Virus record (IMG/VR): IMGVR_UViG_3300037245_002163
Coordinates: 1-64,000 of that record
From: a virus
Direction: 5' to 3' (one strand)
Length of the DNA: 64,000 nt
Under the pieces are notes generated by a model that worked only from the letters and a program-made list of their open reading frames with translations, did no database searches and was not told the DNA's origin. Of this stretch, positions 18,959 through 29,383 are shown one piece after another. Position 1 is the stretch's first letter, and the number at the start of each line of letters is the position of its first letter. The translations under genes were made by a program, and so were the position numbers.

Positions 18959-20343
18959 CATGGGAGGACTGTTGGCCAGTGGTCGAAGCAGAAGCACGGC
19001 GATGGCGCCGCGCGGGGGAAGAGATCGGGCTCGACCCGGACGACCTAACCCAAGAGGCTTCGATCGCGGCTGTACAGTGCGTGGAGCGATGGCGCCCCGA
19101 TGGGGGTGGTCGTACGGCGTACGTGCGCACGGCCATTCGCAATCGTTTCGCGAACGTACGCAAGCAAGCCCTACGTCAACGGCGCGTGCCACACGACGCC
19201 GCTGGACGACCCCGGCCGGAATGGGTGGGCAGCTATGATGCGCTTTCCGCGGATAATGAGTTGCGCTCTTCGGCCGTCTTCGATAAGGGTCGAATCGAGT
19301 CACGACAAGCATTACAAGTTTTGCACGATCGACTACCAAGGCGGGATTGGGAGTTTTTGGTTAGATCGTTCGTGCAGGGGGCACATTTGGCGAGGGGGCT
19401 CGCGCCGGCACAACGGCAGCAACTACAAAGCCGGCTTCGGGAAATCCAGGGGCGGGCACGACGCATTCTCAGCGGGATTCTCACAACTCACGAGGAACAA
19501 CCGATGAATGCTGCCATTCCGCAACCGAACATAGAAGAGCTTCCCGAGTGCCACGCGAAAGGCCAACAGCCGCAAGGCTATGACCGGGAAGATCCGGTGT
19601 GCTGGAATTGCCGGGACAAGTTCACGTGCTTGCCGGCCGCGCTCGACAAGCATTTGATAGTGGGGACGCTCCGCGATGATACGGAGATCCACGCCGTTCA
19701 TGCCGAAGAGATGAGCTTCCGAACGGCGATCGAGCGGATGAAGGCCCGGCTTCGGGTGACTGAGGCCGGCGGCGAAGTGCCGACTGACTTAGACGTGAGA
19801 ACCCCCATCGCCGAAACCGGGGTACGCCCCGCCCCCGCCCCCGCGCCTGAGCCCGTTCCTGAGCCTGAGCCCGTTGTGGAAGAGCCCCCAGAAGCCCCTG
19901 AGCCGCCCCCTGAGCCCGCCGCCAAAGAGCCCGCGCCAACGCCGCCGCCCCCTAAGAAGCGGCCCCCAGCGCCCGTGCCAGGGCTTGTGAACGCCGAAGG
20001 GCTCCCCACGCTAAAGAACGGCAAGCCGCTCCCGCCCATCCGCCAGCTCAGCGTCAAGCAAATGAAGGCCGCGCTCGCTCGTATCAAGGTCGGGCAAGGC
20101 TTCGCGCTGGACGTGGGGATGCAGCTCGTCCGCAAGACCAAAGACGGCGACAATATCATCGTACAGCTCGTCCCGACCGGCTTCCGATTGGATGGGGTGG
20201 TCTACAGCTCGCTTTCGACGGCGATCATGTATCGACTGCGCAAGGTGACGAGCGGCAATGCCTATTTCAGCATCGCTACCCACCAATGCACTGAAATCTG
20301 GTCGAAGAAGGGCGAAGTGCTTGCCGGCTATTCCACGTCATGA
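18940..20343 (+). CDS. Sigma-70 region-2-like domain fused to a Cys-rich module, Pro-rich linker and DUF2924/RAMA-like domain
   Basis: DDLTQEASIAAVQCVERW...AYVRTAIRNRFAN; C-terminal GMQLVRK...GFRLDGVVYSSLSTA...SGNAYF. Confidence 0.7.
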   Translation: MGTGSLTWEDCWPVVEAEARRWRRAGEEIGLDPDDLTQEASIAAVQCVERWRPDGGGRTAYVRTAIRNRFANVRKQALRQRRVPHDAAGRPRPEWVGSYDALSADNELRSSAVFDKGRIESRQALQVLHDRLPRRDWEFLVRSFVQGAHLARGLAPAQRQQLQSRLREIQGRARRILSGILTTHEEQPMNAAIPQPNIEELPECHAKGQQPQGYDREDPVCWNCRDKFTCLPAALDKHLIVGTLRDDTEIHAVHAEEMSFRTAIERMKARLRVTEAGGEVPTDLDVRTPIAETGVRPAPAPAPEPVPEPEPVVEEPPEAPEPPPEPAAKEPAPTPPPPKKRPPAPVPGLVNAEGLPTLKNGKPLPPIRQLSVKQMKAALARIKVGQGFALDVGMQLVRKTKDGDNIIVQLVPTGFRLDGVVYSSLSTAIMYRLRKVTSGNAYFSIATHQCTEIWSKKGEVLAGYSTS

Positions 20344-20594
20344 ATGGCTGGATCATCAACCTTTGGGATAGCGCCGACTGCCGCGAAGAGACCCGGCAGC
20401 AACCCCCGATCTTCTACTTCACGGATGGGGCTCCGTGCTTTGAAGTCTGGTTCTGGCATTGCGACTTGTATCGATGGTTCGTCATGAGTTATCAAGCAGA
20501 CCCCCGGCTCGAAGCGCAAGGCGTGGTCTACTTCCATCCCGATGAAACCCCCGATCATCTACGTGCTCGATTCAAAGCCCTAGCGATCAATTGA
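20340..20594 (+). CDS. Hypothetical protein
   Basis: 4-nt overlaps with both neighbours. Confidence 0.65.
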   Translation: MNGWIINLWDSADCREETRQQPPIFYFTDGAPCFEVWFWHCDLYRWFVMSYQADPRLEAQGVVYFHPDETPDHLRARFKALAIN

Positions 20595-22720
20595 ACGCCT
20601 CTGATCAACTCAGTCTCGTCGGCATAGAGCACCAATGGCCGAAGCCGGAAGTGATCAAGACACGTACGGGCAAAATCGAATTGGTGTATCGGCTTGTGCA
20701 GACGCCCGCGGAGCTAACGGCGATGCGCGATCAGCTCGTCAAGACCACGCATATCGTTTACGACTCCGAAACGAGCGGGCTCTTCGTACACCTAGGCGCG
20801 CGCATCATTGGCCATGCGCTCGCGTGTTACACCGGGCCGACTCAGATCACCGCGTGGTACATCCCGATCCGGCACATCGGCGTGGACAATGAAGAGGCCC
20901 CTCAACTCCCGGTCGAGCTAGTGAGCGAAGCCGTAGCGGCGATCCTTGCGGCGCCCGGATGGTGCGGGTTCTTCCACGCGAAGTTCGATTGGGCGCAGCT
21001 CCGCGCCGATGGCATTCCGTTCAAGCGCACGTTCGAAGACGTGGCCACGCTCGCCACGGCGGATAATGAGAACGAGCCGACGTTCGCGCTAAAGAACCTA
21101 GCCGCCAAGTATTGCGACAAGGAAGCGCGCGCTGAGCAAAAAGAGATGGACGAATGGATGCGTGCGGACGCGCGCAAGCTGGGGCTCCCGTACAAAAAGC
21201 GCCGCCGCGAAGTCGACGGTGTTCTAGGTGAAGCGTCCTACATGGACCGCTTTGGCTTCGCGCGTTCGCCGATCAATCTCTGCGGCAAGTACGCATGCAA
21301 AGACGTGTTCTACACGATCTACCTTGCGCTTGTGCGGTACAAGTCAGTGTCCACGCAATGGGCTGCGGTGGTCGCTCGCGAAAACAAAGTCTCGAAGATC
21401 CTACATGAGATGGAATGGAACGGGCTGCCCGCGAACGCGGCGCTCATTCGCGACACGCACGATCGCACGGAGGTCGAGTACAACTACTGGCTAGCCGAAG
21501 CTCGCCGGCTTACGGGCAACCCGGAGTTTGCAGGCACGGACGCGGAGCTGCGCACGCTGTTCTACGGCAAGCTGGCCATGCGGGTGCCGAAGGAAACCAA
21601 AAAGGGGAAGCAGGCTTCGGTCGACAAAGAAGCGCGCCTCTTGCTCGCGAAGCAGTACCCAGCGCACGGCGAGTTGCTGGACACGCTTGGCAATCTCGCT
21701 CGCGCGCACAAGCTGTTCACGACCTACACGGCCAACTTCTTACGGTACGTGAGCCCGACCACGGGGCGCATTCACGCGAGCTACAATCAGCTTGAACGTC
21801 GCGAGAAAGGCGGCCCCCCCGTGACGGGCCGGCTTAGCTCCGCCGATCCGAACATGCAGAACATCGATTCGCGCCCCATGGAGTTGCGCGACGGCAGCAC
21901 GGTCGAGATCCGGCGCTACTTCACGGTGCCCGAAGGCTACATCCGCTTCTATATCGATTTCAGCCAAATCGAGCTGCGCGTGCTCACTTGGTACTGCCAA
22001 GACCCGGTGCTTTTGGAGTGCTACCGGATGGGCCTAGACGTGCATCAAATCATTGCGGACCAGTTGGGGATTCTGCGCAAGATCGCGAAGCAGGTAAACT
22101 TCGGCAACAGCTACGGCATGACTGAGATTGGGCTCGCGCTCCGCATCCCCGGCTACTACGACGATCCAGTGGGCACGCGCGAGTACGCCAAGAAAGTGCT
22201 GGCGGCCTACTTCGAAAAGTACCGGAACATCCGACTGTTCAAGGTGGCGGCGGCGCAGCAAATGAGAGAGAACGGCAACCTATTCGTGTCGCCCTTTGGC
22301 CGTCCCCGGCGCATCGCGCTTCTGAGCGCCGAAGAGCAGTGGCTACGGGAGCGCGGCGAGCGGCAAATGATGAGCAGTATCGTCAGTGGTACAGCCGCCG
22401 ATCTCATGAAGGAATCGATGATTCGTTGCGACGGGATCTTGCAAGAGCATGAGTTGGGCTACGGAGTGCGCGGCGACGCGGGCGCCAAGCAAGTGCAGAC
22501 GATTCACGATGAGCTGGTTTTCGATGTGCCGAACGAGCCCGGATGGGCGGCGCTACTTGTGAAGCTCGCGCGCACGATGGAAGACTGGCCCATGTTCTCA
22601 GCCCCCGAAGGGCGCGAGGGCGTGCCGATCCAAGTGAGCGCGGATATCAGCACCACGACATGGGCCGACAAGCGTGCTGTAGAAATCCTTCCCGACGATA
22701 CGCTTCGTTGGGCCGCGTAA
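20591..22720 (+). CDS. polA: Family A DNA polymerase (3'-5' exonuclease + polymerase)
   Basis: YDSETSG, HAKFD, YACKD, TGRLSSADPNMQNI, DFSQIELR, KQVNFGNSYG, IHDEL. Confidence 0.95.
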   Translation: MNASDQLSLVGIEHQWPKPEVIKTRTGKIELVYRLVQTPAELTAMRDQLVKTTHIVYDSETSGLFVHLGARIIGHALACYTGPTQITAWYIPIRHIGVDNEEAPQLPVELVSEAVAAILAAPGWCGFFHAKFDWAQLRADGIPFKRTFEDVATLATADNENEPTFALKNLAAKYCDKEARAEQKEMDEWMRADARKLGLPYKKRRREVDGVLGEASYMDRFGFARSPINLCGKYACKDVFYTIYLALVRYKSVSTQWAAVVARENKVSKILHEMEWNGLPANAALIRDTHDRTEVEYNYWLAEARRLTGNPEFAGTDAELRTLFYGKLAMRVPKETKKGKQASVDKEARLLLAKQYPAHGELLDTLGNLARAHKLFTTYTANFLRYVSPTTGRIHASYNQLERREKGGPPVTGRLSSADPNMQNIDSRPMELRDGSTVEIRRYFTVPEGYIRFYIDFSQIELRVLTWYCQDPVLLECYRMGLDVHQIIADQLGILRKIAKQVNFGNSYGMTEIGLALRIPGYYDDPVGTREYAKKVLAAYFEKYRNIRLFKVAAAQQMRENGNLFVSPFGRPRRIALLSAEEQWLRERGERQMMSSIVSGTAADLMKESMIRCDGILQEHELGYGVRGDAGAKQVQTIHDELVFDVPNEPGWAALLVKLARTMEDWPMFSAPEGREGVPIQVSADISTTTWADKRAVEILPDDTLRWAA

Positions 22721-22753
22721 ATATCCTCTGATCAGACGTTGTATAGGTAAGGC

Positions 22754-23374
22754 ATGCCCCCGAATCGTTTTGTGCCGGCGAGCGAGATCGTTCGCCGATT
22801 GAAGCTATCAATGCCCGTTCACTTGGATGGGCTGGTCGACCCTCTTGGGAATGAGTTTTCGATCCACCGCGAAAATCTCATGGAGCTGTTGACCACGGAT
22901 ATCGATGCGCTTCCCTTCGACAACCAAAGCGTGAGCCCGCTCTACATGGAGATGGCGCGAGCGCAGCGTGCGTGTGAATGGGGCGCCGATCAGCTCGACA
23001 CGCGGTACGTGCGTTGGAAGGCGCAGAAGGCCGCGGAGTTTCGCGACGCTGCGGAAAAGAAGCCCACGGTGGCGGAAGTCGAAGGCTTCTACCGGCAGCA
23101 CGATGAGTATGTGGAGATGGTCGACGCACCAAAGAGTCTTCGCGTGCTTTCTAACTTGTTTGCGGACGCGAAAAACGCGTTTCTTATGAAGGCCCGTGCC
23201 CAAGAGCATCAAAGCAAGCTCATGGCAGGGCATGAGTCTTCGATACGGTACGACGATCAACAGCAACGACTGACTGAGCTTGAAGAGCTGGACCAGGCAA
23301 CCGCCGAAGCAATCCAGCAAAGCGGCTCAGCGAAAGCAGCGGCCGACTACGTGCGGTCCCTGAAAGGCGAATGA
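22754..23374 (+). CDS. UvsY-like helical recombination mediator (putative)
   Basis: All-helical protein with KPTVAEVEG...DEY...AFLMK pattern; lies next to SSB and RecA. Confidence 0.5.
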   Translation: MPPNRFVPASEIVRRLKLSMPVHLDGLVDPLGNEFSIHRENLMELLTTDIDALPFDNQSVSPLYMEMARAQRACEWGADQLDTRYVRWKAQKAAEFRDAAEKKPTVAEVEGFYRQHDEYVEMVDAPKSLRVLSNLFADAKNAFLMKARAQEHQSKLMAGHESSIRYDDQQQRLTELEELDQATAEAIQQSGSAKAAADYVRSLKGE

Positions 23375-24702
23375 CAATGCAGCTTCCCCCCGGATACCTA
23401 ATCCACCCTCAGAACCCCGCGTACATGTACAACCCGCAGAGCGGGGAAGTGCTTGAAGCGCAAGCCGCCGTTGCGCCCCCGGTGCCGCCGGCTCCAGCGC
23501 CCGCGCCCGTAGCGGTGCCCGTGCCCGCGCCCATGCCGATGGCAGCTCCCGCGCCTATGGTGCCCGCCGCGCAAGCGGAGCCAAGCTACGGAGCGGTCGA
23601 TATAGGCGCGATGGGCCAAGACAGTCAGAGCGTTTTCAGCTCCACGGGCAAGAAAATCTATCTCAACTTCCCAGCGACGCCGAGCACGATCGGCGATAGC
23701 GTGTCGCTCCCGGTGCGCTTGCTCCCCCCGTGGACTTCGGGCCGTAGCTTCGCGCATGTGAAGTACGCGGAGCATCGCTTGGATGCGGTGCTCGTCCCCG
23801 ATGCAGGTAAGCGCCAGTTCGTATATGCCACTTGCTACGATAGCGAGGGCGGCCCCGGACGGTGCCCGATCTGCGAAGCGCAAAAGCTCGACACGACCGG
23901 CGATCTGGCCAAGTACCGCCCGAAGGGGAAGTACATGTGGCAAGCCCTTGCGCTCGACAATATCAAGCAACACTTCCGCCAGCGGTTCGATGAGGCGACC
24001 CAACAGCCCATGCTCCAGGCCAACGGCGATCCCGTGTGGGACGTAGTTCCGGCCGTCATTCGAATGTCACCTACGCTGCACCGTGCGGTTACGAAGTTCT
24101 TTGAAAAGAAGGGCGACGCGACGCACCCCGTGACCGGCTACGGCATGGAGCTGATCAAGACCAAGACCGGCGCCGGCTCCATGGAGATCGAATACTCCGC
24201 CATGGACACGGCCCCGTCCCAGATCGACGCGACGCTCATGCCCGTGCTCGCGAACCTGATCGACCTACAGGCTCAGGTTCACTTTTACTCGCTCCCAGAG
24301 ATGCAGCTCATCGCGCAGAACATGCTGGCGACGGTTGCGGCTCCGGCAGAGGCCCCCGCGGCCTACCAGCCGCCCCCGCAAGCGCCCTTGGCCCCGGTGG
24401 CAACGCCCCCAGCGGCCCCAGCGATGCCCCCAGCGGCCCCGCAAGCGGCTCCCGCGGCGCCAGTCGTCCCCCAAGCTCCGCAGACCGCAGCGCCCCCGTT
24501 GCCCCCTGCTACGGCTCCGGGTGGCATCCCGGCGGCGCCCCCCGTGGGCTCGCCGAACGTCCCTCCGACCGCAGCACCCGCGCCGGGGCTCCCGGCTGGG
24601 ATGCAGCCGCCGCCCGCTGCGCCGCCCGGAGAGCCGGGCCGAACCCCGGAAGAATTTGAGCAAGGCTTGCTTGGCGAGAACCAGGGCGCAACGCCGTTCT
24701 AA
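23371..24702 (+). CDS. gp32-like single-stranded DNA-binding protein with Pro/Ala-rich tails
   Basis: VRLLPP...H...C...CPICE; GDATHPVTGY; acidic/aromatic C-terminus ending TPF. Confidence 0.7.
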   Translation: MTMQLPPGYLIHPQNPAYMYNPQSGEVLEAQAAVAPPVPPAPAPAPVAVPVPAPMPMAAPAPMVPAAQAEPSYGAVDIGAMGQDSQSVFSSTGKKIYLNFPATPSTIGDSVSLPVRLLPPWTSGRSFAHVKYAEHRLDAVLVPDAGKRQFVYATCYDSEGGPGRCPICEAQKLDTTGDLAKYRPKGKYMWQALALDNIKQHFRQRFDEATQQPMLQANGDPVWDVVPAVIRMSPTLHRAVTKFFEKKGDATHPVTGYGMELIKTKTGAGSMEIEYSAMDTAPSQIDATLMPVLANLIDLQAQVHFYSLPEMQLIAQNMLATVAAPAEAPAAYQPPPQAPLAPVATPPAAPAMPPAAPQAAPAAPVVPQAPQTAAPPLPPATAPGGIPAAPPVGSPNVPPTAAPAPGLPAGMQPPPAAPPGEPGRTPEEFEQGLLGENQGATPF

Positions 24703-25820
24703 TGGCAGTTGCAAAGCGGAAAAACGCACGCAAAGCACCATCGAAGAAAGCTCCCGCAAAGAAGACGCCAGCGAACAAGCGCAAGCGCAAGCCCACGGGG
24801 AAGCCGGCGAGCCCGAAAGAGTTCCTGAAAGGGCTCAAAGGGAGCGAGGATGACACGTCGTTTCGGTTCTTATCCGACTCGATATTCCTGAAAAGCCGTG
24901 AACGGCTCCCGACTGGCGTGCTCGCGCTCGACAAGCTGAGCGGTGGCGGCTGGCCCGTGGGCTCGCTTGTCGAAGTGGCGGCGTGGGAAGGGGTCGGCAA
25001 GAGCACCCTACTCGACCAGTCCGTGGCTCAGGTGCAGCGGGTCGGCGGTACAGCGGCGGTCATTGACACGGAGGGCGCGCGCGACTTGGGCTACATGGCG
25101 CTTCTAGGGGTCGACCCTGAGAAGGTGATCCACATGAGCGCCTACACCATCGAAGAGTGCTTCGCTCGCATCGATGAGATCCTAAATCGCCAGGAAGAGC
25201 TAGGCCGTGAGCGCGCGCTCGCGCCGCTGTTCATTGTGTGGGATTCGATCGGGGGGACACCGGCCAAGGCGGAGAGCGAGGGCGGAACCGACTCGAATCA
25301 CATGGCGGTCGGCGCCAAGCGAATCAAGCAAAACCTTCGACGCATCATGCTCCGGCTTCCCGAGCTTCGGACGTGTCTGGTCGTGACGAATCACTTCTAC
25401 AAAGAGCTGGGACCGTTTGGCGGCTTGCAAACGCCGGGCGGGAGCGGGCTGCGCTACTTCCCACACCTACGGGTGCGGCTTATGCGCAAAGGCCAAGTCA
25501 AATCGGGGCTCCGCTTGATCGGCCATGAAGTCGAGTGCCAGGTCAAAAAGACGCGGCTAGGGCCGATGCCCCCGCCCACCAAAGCAGGGCTGATCTACGG
25601 GAGCGGCTTTGATAACTCGTTCACGCTTTTCGATTGGGCGCTAGAGCACGGCGAGGGAGCTGGGCACAAGTGGGTAACTCAGCGGGGCGCGTGGTACTCC
25701 CTTGTCGAGCCCGGCCAAGAGCCCGTCACGTTTCAACATGGCTTCGTAGGGTTCGGGGCGCTCATGAACGAGCGACCGGAGCTTTACCAAAAACTGGTAG
25801 CGGGGTATCTGGGGGGATGA
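24702..25820 (+). CDS. recA: RecA/UvsX recombinase
   Basis: TGVLALDKLSGGGWPVG, EGVGKST, IDTE, VWDSI, TPGGSGLRY. Confidence 0.95.
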   Translation: MAVAKRKNARKAPSKKAPAKKTPANKRKRKPTGKPASPKEFLKGLKGSEDDTSFRFLSDSIFLKSRERLPTGVLALDKLSGGGWPVGSLVEVAAWEGVGKSTLLDQSVAQVQRVGGTAAVIDTEGARDLGYMALLGVDPEKVIHMSAYTIEECFARIDEILNRQEELGRERALAPLFIVWDSIGGTPAKAESEGGTDSNHMAVGAKRIKQNLRRIMLRLPELRTCLVVTNHFYKELGPFGGLQTPGGSGLRYFPHLRVRLMRKGQVKSGLRLIGHEVECQVKKTRLGPMPPPTKAGLIYGSGFDNSFTLFDWALEHGEGAGHKWVTQRGAWYSLVEPGQEPVTFQHGFVGFGALMNERPELYQKLVAGYLGG

Positions 25821-26167
25821 GTAAGAAGCCTAAGAAGCCGATAGAGGGGCAGTGGTCATTGCCGTTTGTGAGGGGTTCGGAGACCAGCAGAGCGGCGGCG
25901 AAATCCATGGAGCCGGTCGCCGGAACGCAACGCGCTAGGGTGCGCGATCATGTGTCGGGTTGCGGCACTGTTGGCTCAATACGGGAGCAAACAGGTTTGG
26001 CACTTGGGATGAAGCACCAAAGTGTGACGGCGCGCTTCAAGGATCTGATCGACGCAGGGTATCTACGCGAAACGCAACGAAGGCGGAGAACGACAACGGG
26101 GCATTGGGCGGTCGTGTGCGTGACCCCTGAGTATTGGAATCGAGAAACGGACGATGGGGTACAATGA
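25817..26167 (+). CDS. Winged-HTH protein
   Basis: TSRAAA...LGMKHQSVTARFKDLIDAGYL...RRTTTG; ATG overlaps the recA stop. Confidence 0.7.
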   Translation: MSKKPKKPIEGQWSLPFVRGSETSRAAAKSMEPVAGTQRARVRDHVSGCGTVGSIREQTGLALGMKHQSVTARFKDLIDAGYLRETQRRRRTTTGHWAVVCVTPEYWNRETDDGVQ

Positions 26168-26406
26168 GCGATCTACGTAAGGGGGGACCGTCCTGTAAGA
26201 AGTGGCGGTTCATAGCGCACACGGGGAACACGCCGGTTTCGGCAGTGGATTTGGGCGATCTCGATGAGGTCGTGATTGCTGATTGGCTGCACGTCGAACG
26301 TATGGATGGCGACGCGTGGTGGATTCAGATCGGTGACAAGGTGTTCGATGTGTTCTTGAAAAAGGACGGCACGGTAAAGACGATGGTGGAACGCAGTGAC
26401 GACTAA
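26164..26406 (+). CDS. Hypothetical protein
   Basis: ATGA overlap; in operon. Confidence 0.6.
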   Translation: MSDLRKGGPSCKKWRFIAHTGNTPVSAVDLGDLDEVVIADWLHVERMDGDAWWIQIGDKVFDVFLKKDGTVKTMVERSDD

Positions 26407-29383
26407 AAAACGCAGCAAGAAAACCGCACGCCCGATCGATGACGTGGTGCTCGCTCCGTGGAAGGCGGTAGTCTTCGGCGACCTTCACGTGTCGCAAAAG
26501 ACGCTCGACCGTTGCCTAGACGTGCTCGCGCGTGTGCGCACGTTAGCGCAGACGCATGACGCGATGGTGATCTGTACGGGTGACTTCTGGCATCAACGGG
26601 GCGTCTTGAGTGTGCGGCAAATGGACGCGCTACTCGATGAGCTTGATCAGTGGAAGGGCATAGAGTTTGTGATCATTCCGGGCAATCACGATCAGGTGAG
26701 CCAAGATGGGACGATCCACGGCGTGCGCATGTTCGGCGCGTACCCCAATATCACCGTCGCGACTGAGCCGTTGCTTTGGCACCATAGCAAGGTCGCATTC
26801 TTACCGTGGCGCGAAGAGCCGGGCGAACAAGCGAAGCTCTTTGCGGAGCTTGAAGGCGGCACCCCCTGGACCGTCTTTGCGCATGCCGAAGTGCAAGGTG
26901 CGACTACCAACGGCGCGCATATCTCGCCCGGTCGTGTGAGCATCGCCGAAGTCGAAGCGGATACGCGTGCGTGCTATTGCGGGCACTATCACAAGCGTCA
27001 GAAGCTAGGGAAGCATACGTGGTACTTGGGCTCGCCCTTCGAACAGAATTTCGGAGAGCGCGACATGCCGCACGGCGTGGCGCTCATCGAAGAGGGGCAT
27101 GCCGAGCCTCACTTTATCGACTTCGACGATCTGCCCAAGCACCATCGGCTGGTCTACGGCAAGAGCTGGAAAGACGCGGCAACGATCGCGGCGCACGATA
27201 TCGTCGAAGTGCATGCGCCCGCCGATGTAATGGGCACGGATCGGCTCGCTCAGGTGATCGAAACGATCCCAGCGGCCGATGTGCGCACGCTCTTGGCGAC
27301 TGAGGAAGACGATGAGATCAGCGTCCCGTCGATCGCCATGGGGCTCGATGAGGCGATGCACCAATGGGTCGAAGACTGCGACGGCACCGATCTCGACAAG
27401 TTCCGGCTACGTCAGCTTGGCCAGACCATCCTGGCGGAGATCCCAGAGGCGCGAGCGGTACAACCGTTAGCGCCAGAAGTTGATATCAAGCGGGTGACCG
27501 TTACGGACTTCTGCGGGGTTCGGGGCACGCGATCCTTCGACTTCCCCGATGGGGTGACGCTGATCAAAGGCCCGATGGGCGCCGGCAAAACGTCCATGAT
27601 GGATGCGCTTACGTGGGTCTTCTTTGGGACGACTACGCCCCGCAAGGCCGGCAGCCATGGCGCGAGCCTTCGGGCCGATGAGGTGGTCCACGATGAAGCG
27701 GCGAGCTGCACCGTGGTCGCCGAAGTGGCGCTACAGGGCCGGAAACAGCCCGTGGTCGTCACGCGCACTAAGAAGCGCGGCGTTGGGAGCAAGGCCAAGC
27801 TCACGGGGATCAAGGCCCCCGATGGCATCGCCGACCAGCAAGAGCTGATCCATGCCACGCTGGGGATCAATCACGCCCTTTGGCGCACGTGCGTCTACTT
27901 GGGGCAAGGGTCCGTGGGCAACTTTGTCACGGACGCCGACAAGCGCCGTAAAGACCTTCTGAGCGCCGCGTTCGGCCTAGACGCATGCCCGACTGCCCAA
28001 ACGTACGTACGCGCCCGGCTCAAAGACGTAGAGGGCTCCGTGGAGCGGCTACGGATGCAAATGCACTCCGACGAGCGCGCGATCCAAGTGCTTCAAGAAA
28101 CGGACTACAAGGTGCAGATCGCGCAGTGGGAAGAGCACCGCAAGATTGCCCTAGAGGCCGCGCGAAAAGAGGGTGAGGGCGCCAAAGAGCTAATGGGGCA
28201 GTGCGACGGGCACTTGCAGAGCGAAGAGCAATGGCTGCAAAGCAAGGCCAGCCATACGGAGCACGTCGACACGCTTACCAAGTCGCTGATCCGATCGTCG
28301 CCGCAGAACAAGGCCGCGGAGCTACAGCAACAGTTCGGCGCGCTCAAAGCCGAAAAGGCCATGATCGAGCGCGATGAGGCCCTTGTGCGCCAAGAGCTAG
28401 ATCGGCATTTCGATGCGGTGAAAAACGGCACAAGCGTATGCCCGACTTGCGAGCGGCCCTTCGATGCGTCCCATCAAGAGCAACACGCCGCCGCCTTGGA
28501 CGCCAAGGTACGCGGCTTCGTGGCGACCATTCAGACGTTCGATGTGAAAATGAGCGATCTCAGCGTCAAGATGGGCGAGCTGGACACGGGGGCCGACCAG
28601 CAATCGGCGCACATCGAAGCCCAGATCCAAGAGAGCCGGGAAGCCCTCGAAAAGTGCGCCGAAGCTCTCAACACCTTGACCGTGATCAAGACTAACCGGG
28701 TGAACGCGGAGAAGCGGCTGCATGAGGCTCGCGCGGAGTACACGCGACGCGAGCGCGAAGTGAACCCCTTCGGGGCCAAGCAAGCCGAGTGCGAAGCCAA
28801 GATCGCTACGCTCACAAGCAAGCAAGCGGCGGATCGTGTCGAGATGGATTCGTACGATGAGAAGCGGAACGACTTTTCGTTCTGGGAACGGGGCTTCGGG
28901 GCCAAGGGGCTCCCGGTGCTTGTGCTCCGCGCGGCGCTCCATGAGCTGGAGACCTACGCCAACACGTTCATGAGCCAGCTTCTACAGGGCCGGATCTTCA
29001 CGAAACTACTCATGAAGGGCGAAGAGCTAAAGATCCACTTCTACGCCGTCGACCCGGTAAGCGGGAAGGTCCATGAGCGGCGCTACGAACAGCTCAGCGG
29101 CGGCGAGCGCCGATGCGTAGAGTTGTCGTTCAATCCATTCGCGCTAGGCGAGATGGTGTTCAATCGCTGCGGGGTGCGGGTCAACACGCTCATCGTGGAC
29201 GAGCTGACGACCCACCTAGGGCAAGACGAAAAGCCGATCGTGTGCGATATCCTTCGAGACCTAGACCGGAAATCCGTGGTTGTCATTGACCACGATCTAT
29301 CCGTACAAGGCGAGTTCGATCAGGTATGGGATCTAAGCGCGCCGCCAGAAGCGGTGCCGGAAGCCGAAGCGGGGGCCGCATGA
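26396..29383 (+). CDS. Fused SbcD(Mre11)-SbcC(Rad50) nuclease/ATPase
   Basis: GDLH, GD, GNHD, GHYH phosphoesterase motifs, then GPMGAGKT, CPTC zinc hook, LSGGE, IVDE and IDH in a single ORF. Confidence 0.9.
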   Translation: MTTKKRSKKTARPIDDVVLAPWKAVVFGDLHVSQKTLDRCLDVLARVRTLAQTHDAMVICTGDFWHQRGVLSVRQMDALLDELDQWKGIEFVIIPGNHDQVSQDGTIHGVRMFGAYPNITVATEPLLWHHSKVAFLPWREEPGEQAKLFAELEGGTPWTVFAHAEVQGATTNGAHISPGRVSIAEVEADTRACYCGHYHKRQKLGKHTWYLGSPFEQNFGERDMPHGVALIEEGHAEPHFIDFDDLPKHHRLVYGKSWKDAATIAAHDIVEVHAPADVMGTDRLAQVIETIPAADVRTLLATEEDDEISVPSIAMGLDEAMHQWVEDCDGTDLDKFRLRQLGQTILAEIPEARAVQPLAPEVDIKRVTVTDFCGVRGTRSFDFPDGVTLIKGPMGAGKTSMMDALTWVFFGTTTPRKAGSHGASLRADEVVHDEAASCTVVAEVALQGRKQPVVVTRTKKRGVGSKAKLTGIKAPDGIADQQELIHATLGINHALWRTCVYLGQGSVGNFVTDADKRRKDLLSAAFGLDACPTAQTYVRARLKDVEGSVERLRMQMHSDERAIQVLQETDYKVQIAQWEEHRKIALEAARKEGEGAKELMGQCDGHLQSEEQWLQSKASHTEHVDTLTKSLIRSSPQNKAAELQQQFGALKAEKAMIERDEALVRQELDRHFDAVKNGTSVCPTCERPFDASHQEQHAAALDAKVRGFVATIQTFDVKMSDLSVKMGELDTGADQQSAHIEAQIQESREALEKCAEALNTLTVIKTNRVNAEKRLHEARAEYTRREREVNPFGAKQAECEAKIATLTSKQAADRVEMDSYDEKRNDFSFWERGFGAKGLPVLVLRAALHELETYANTFMSQLLQGRIFTKLLMKGEELKIHFYAVDPVSGKVHERRYEQLSGGERRCVELSFNPFALGEMVFNRCGVRVNTLIVDELTTHLGQDEKPIVCDILRDLDRKSVVVIDHDLSVQGEFDQVWDLSAPPEAVPEAEAGAA

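Noticed and set aside
17540-24660. Low-complexity DNA repeats (GAY-rich and CCN/GCN-rich tracts)
   Set aside because: They are explained by acidic and Pro/Ala-rich protein linkers and are not independent DNA elements.
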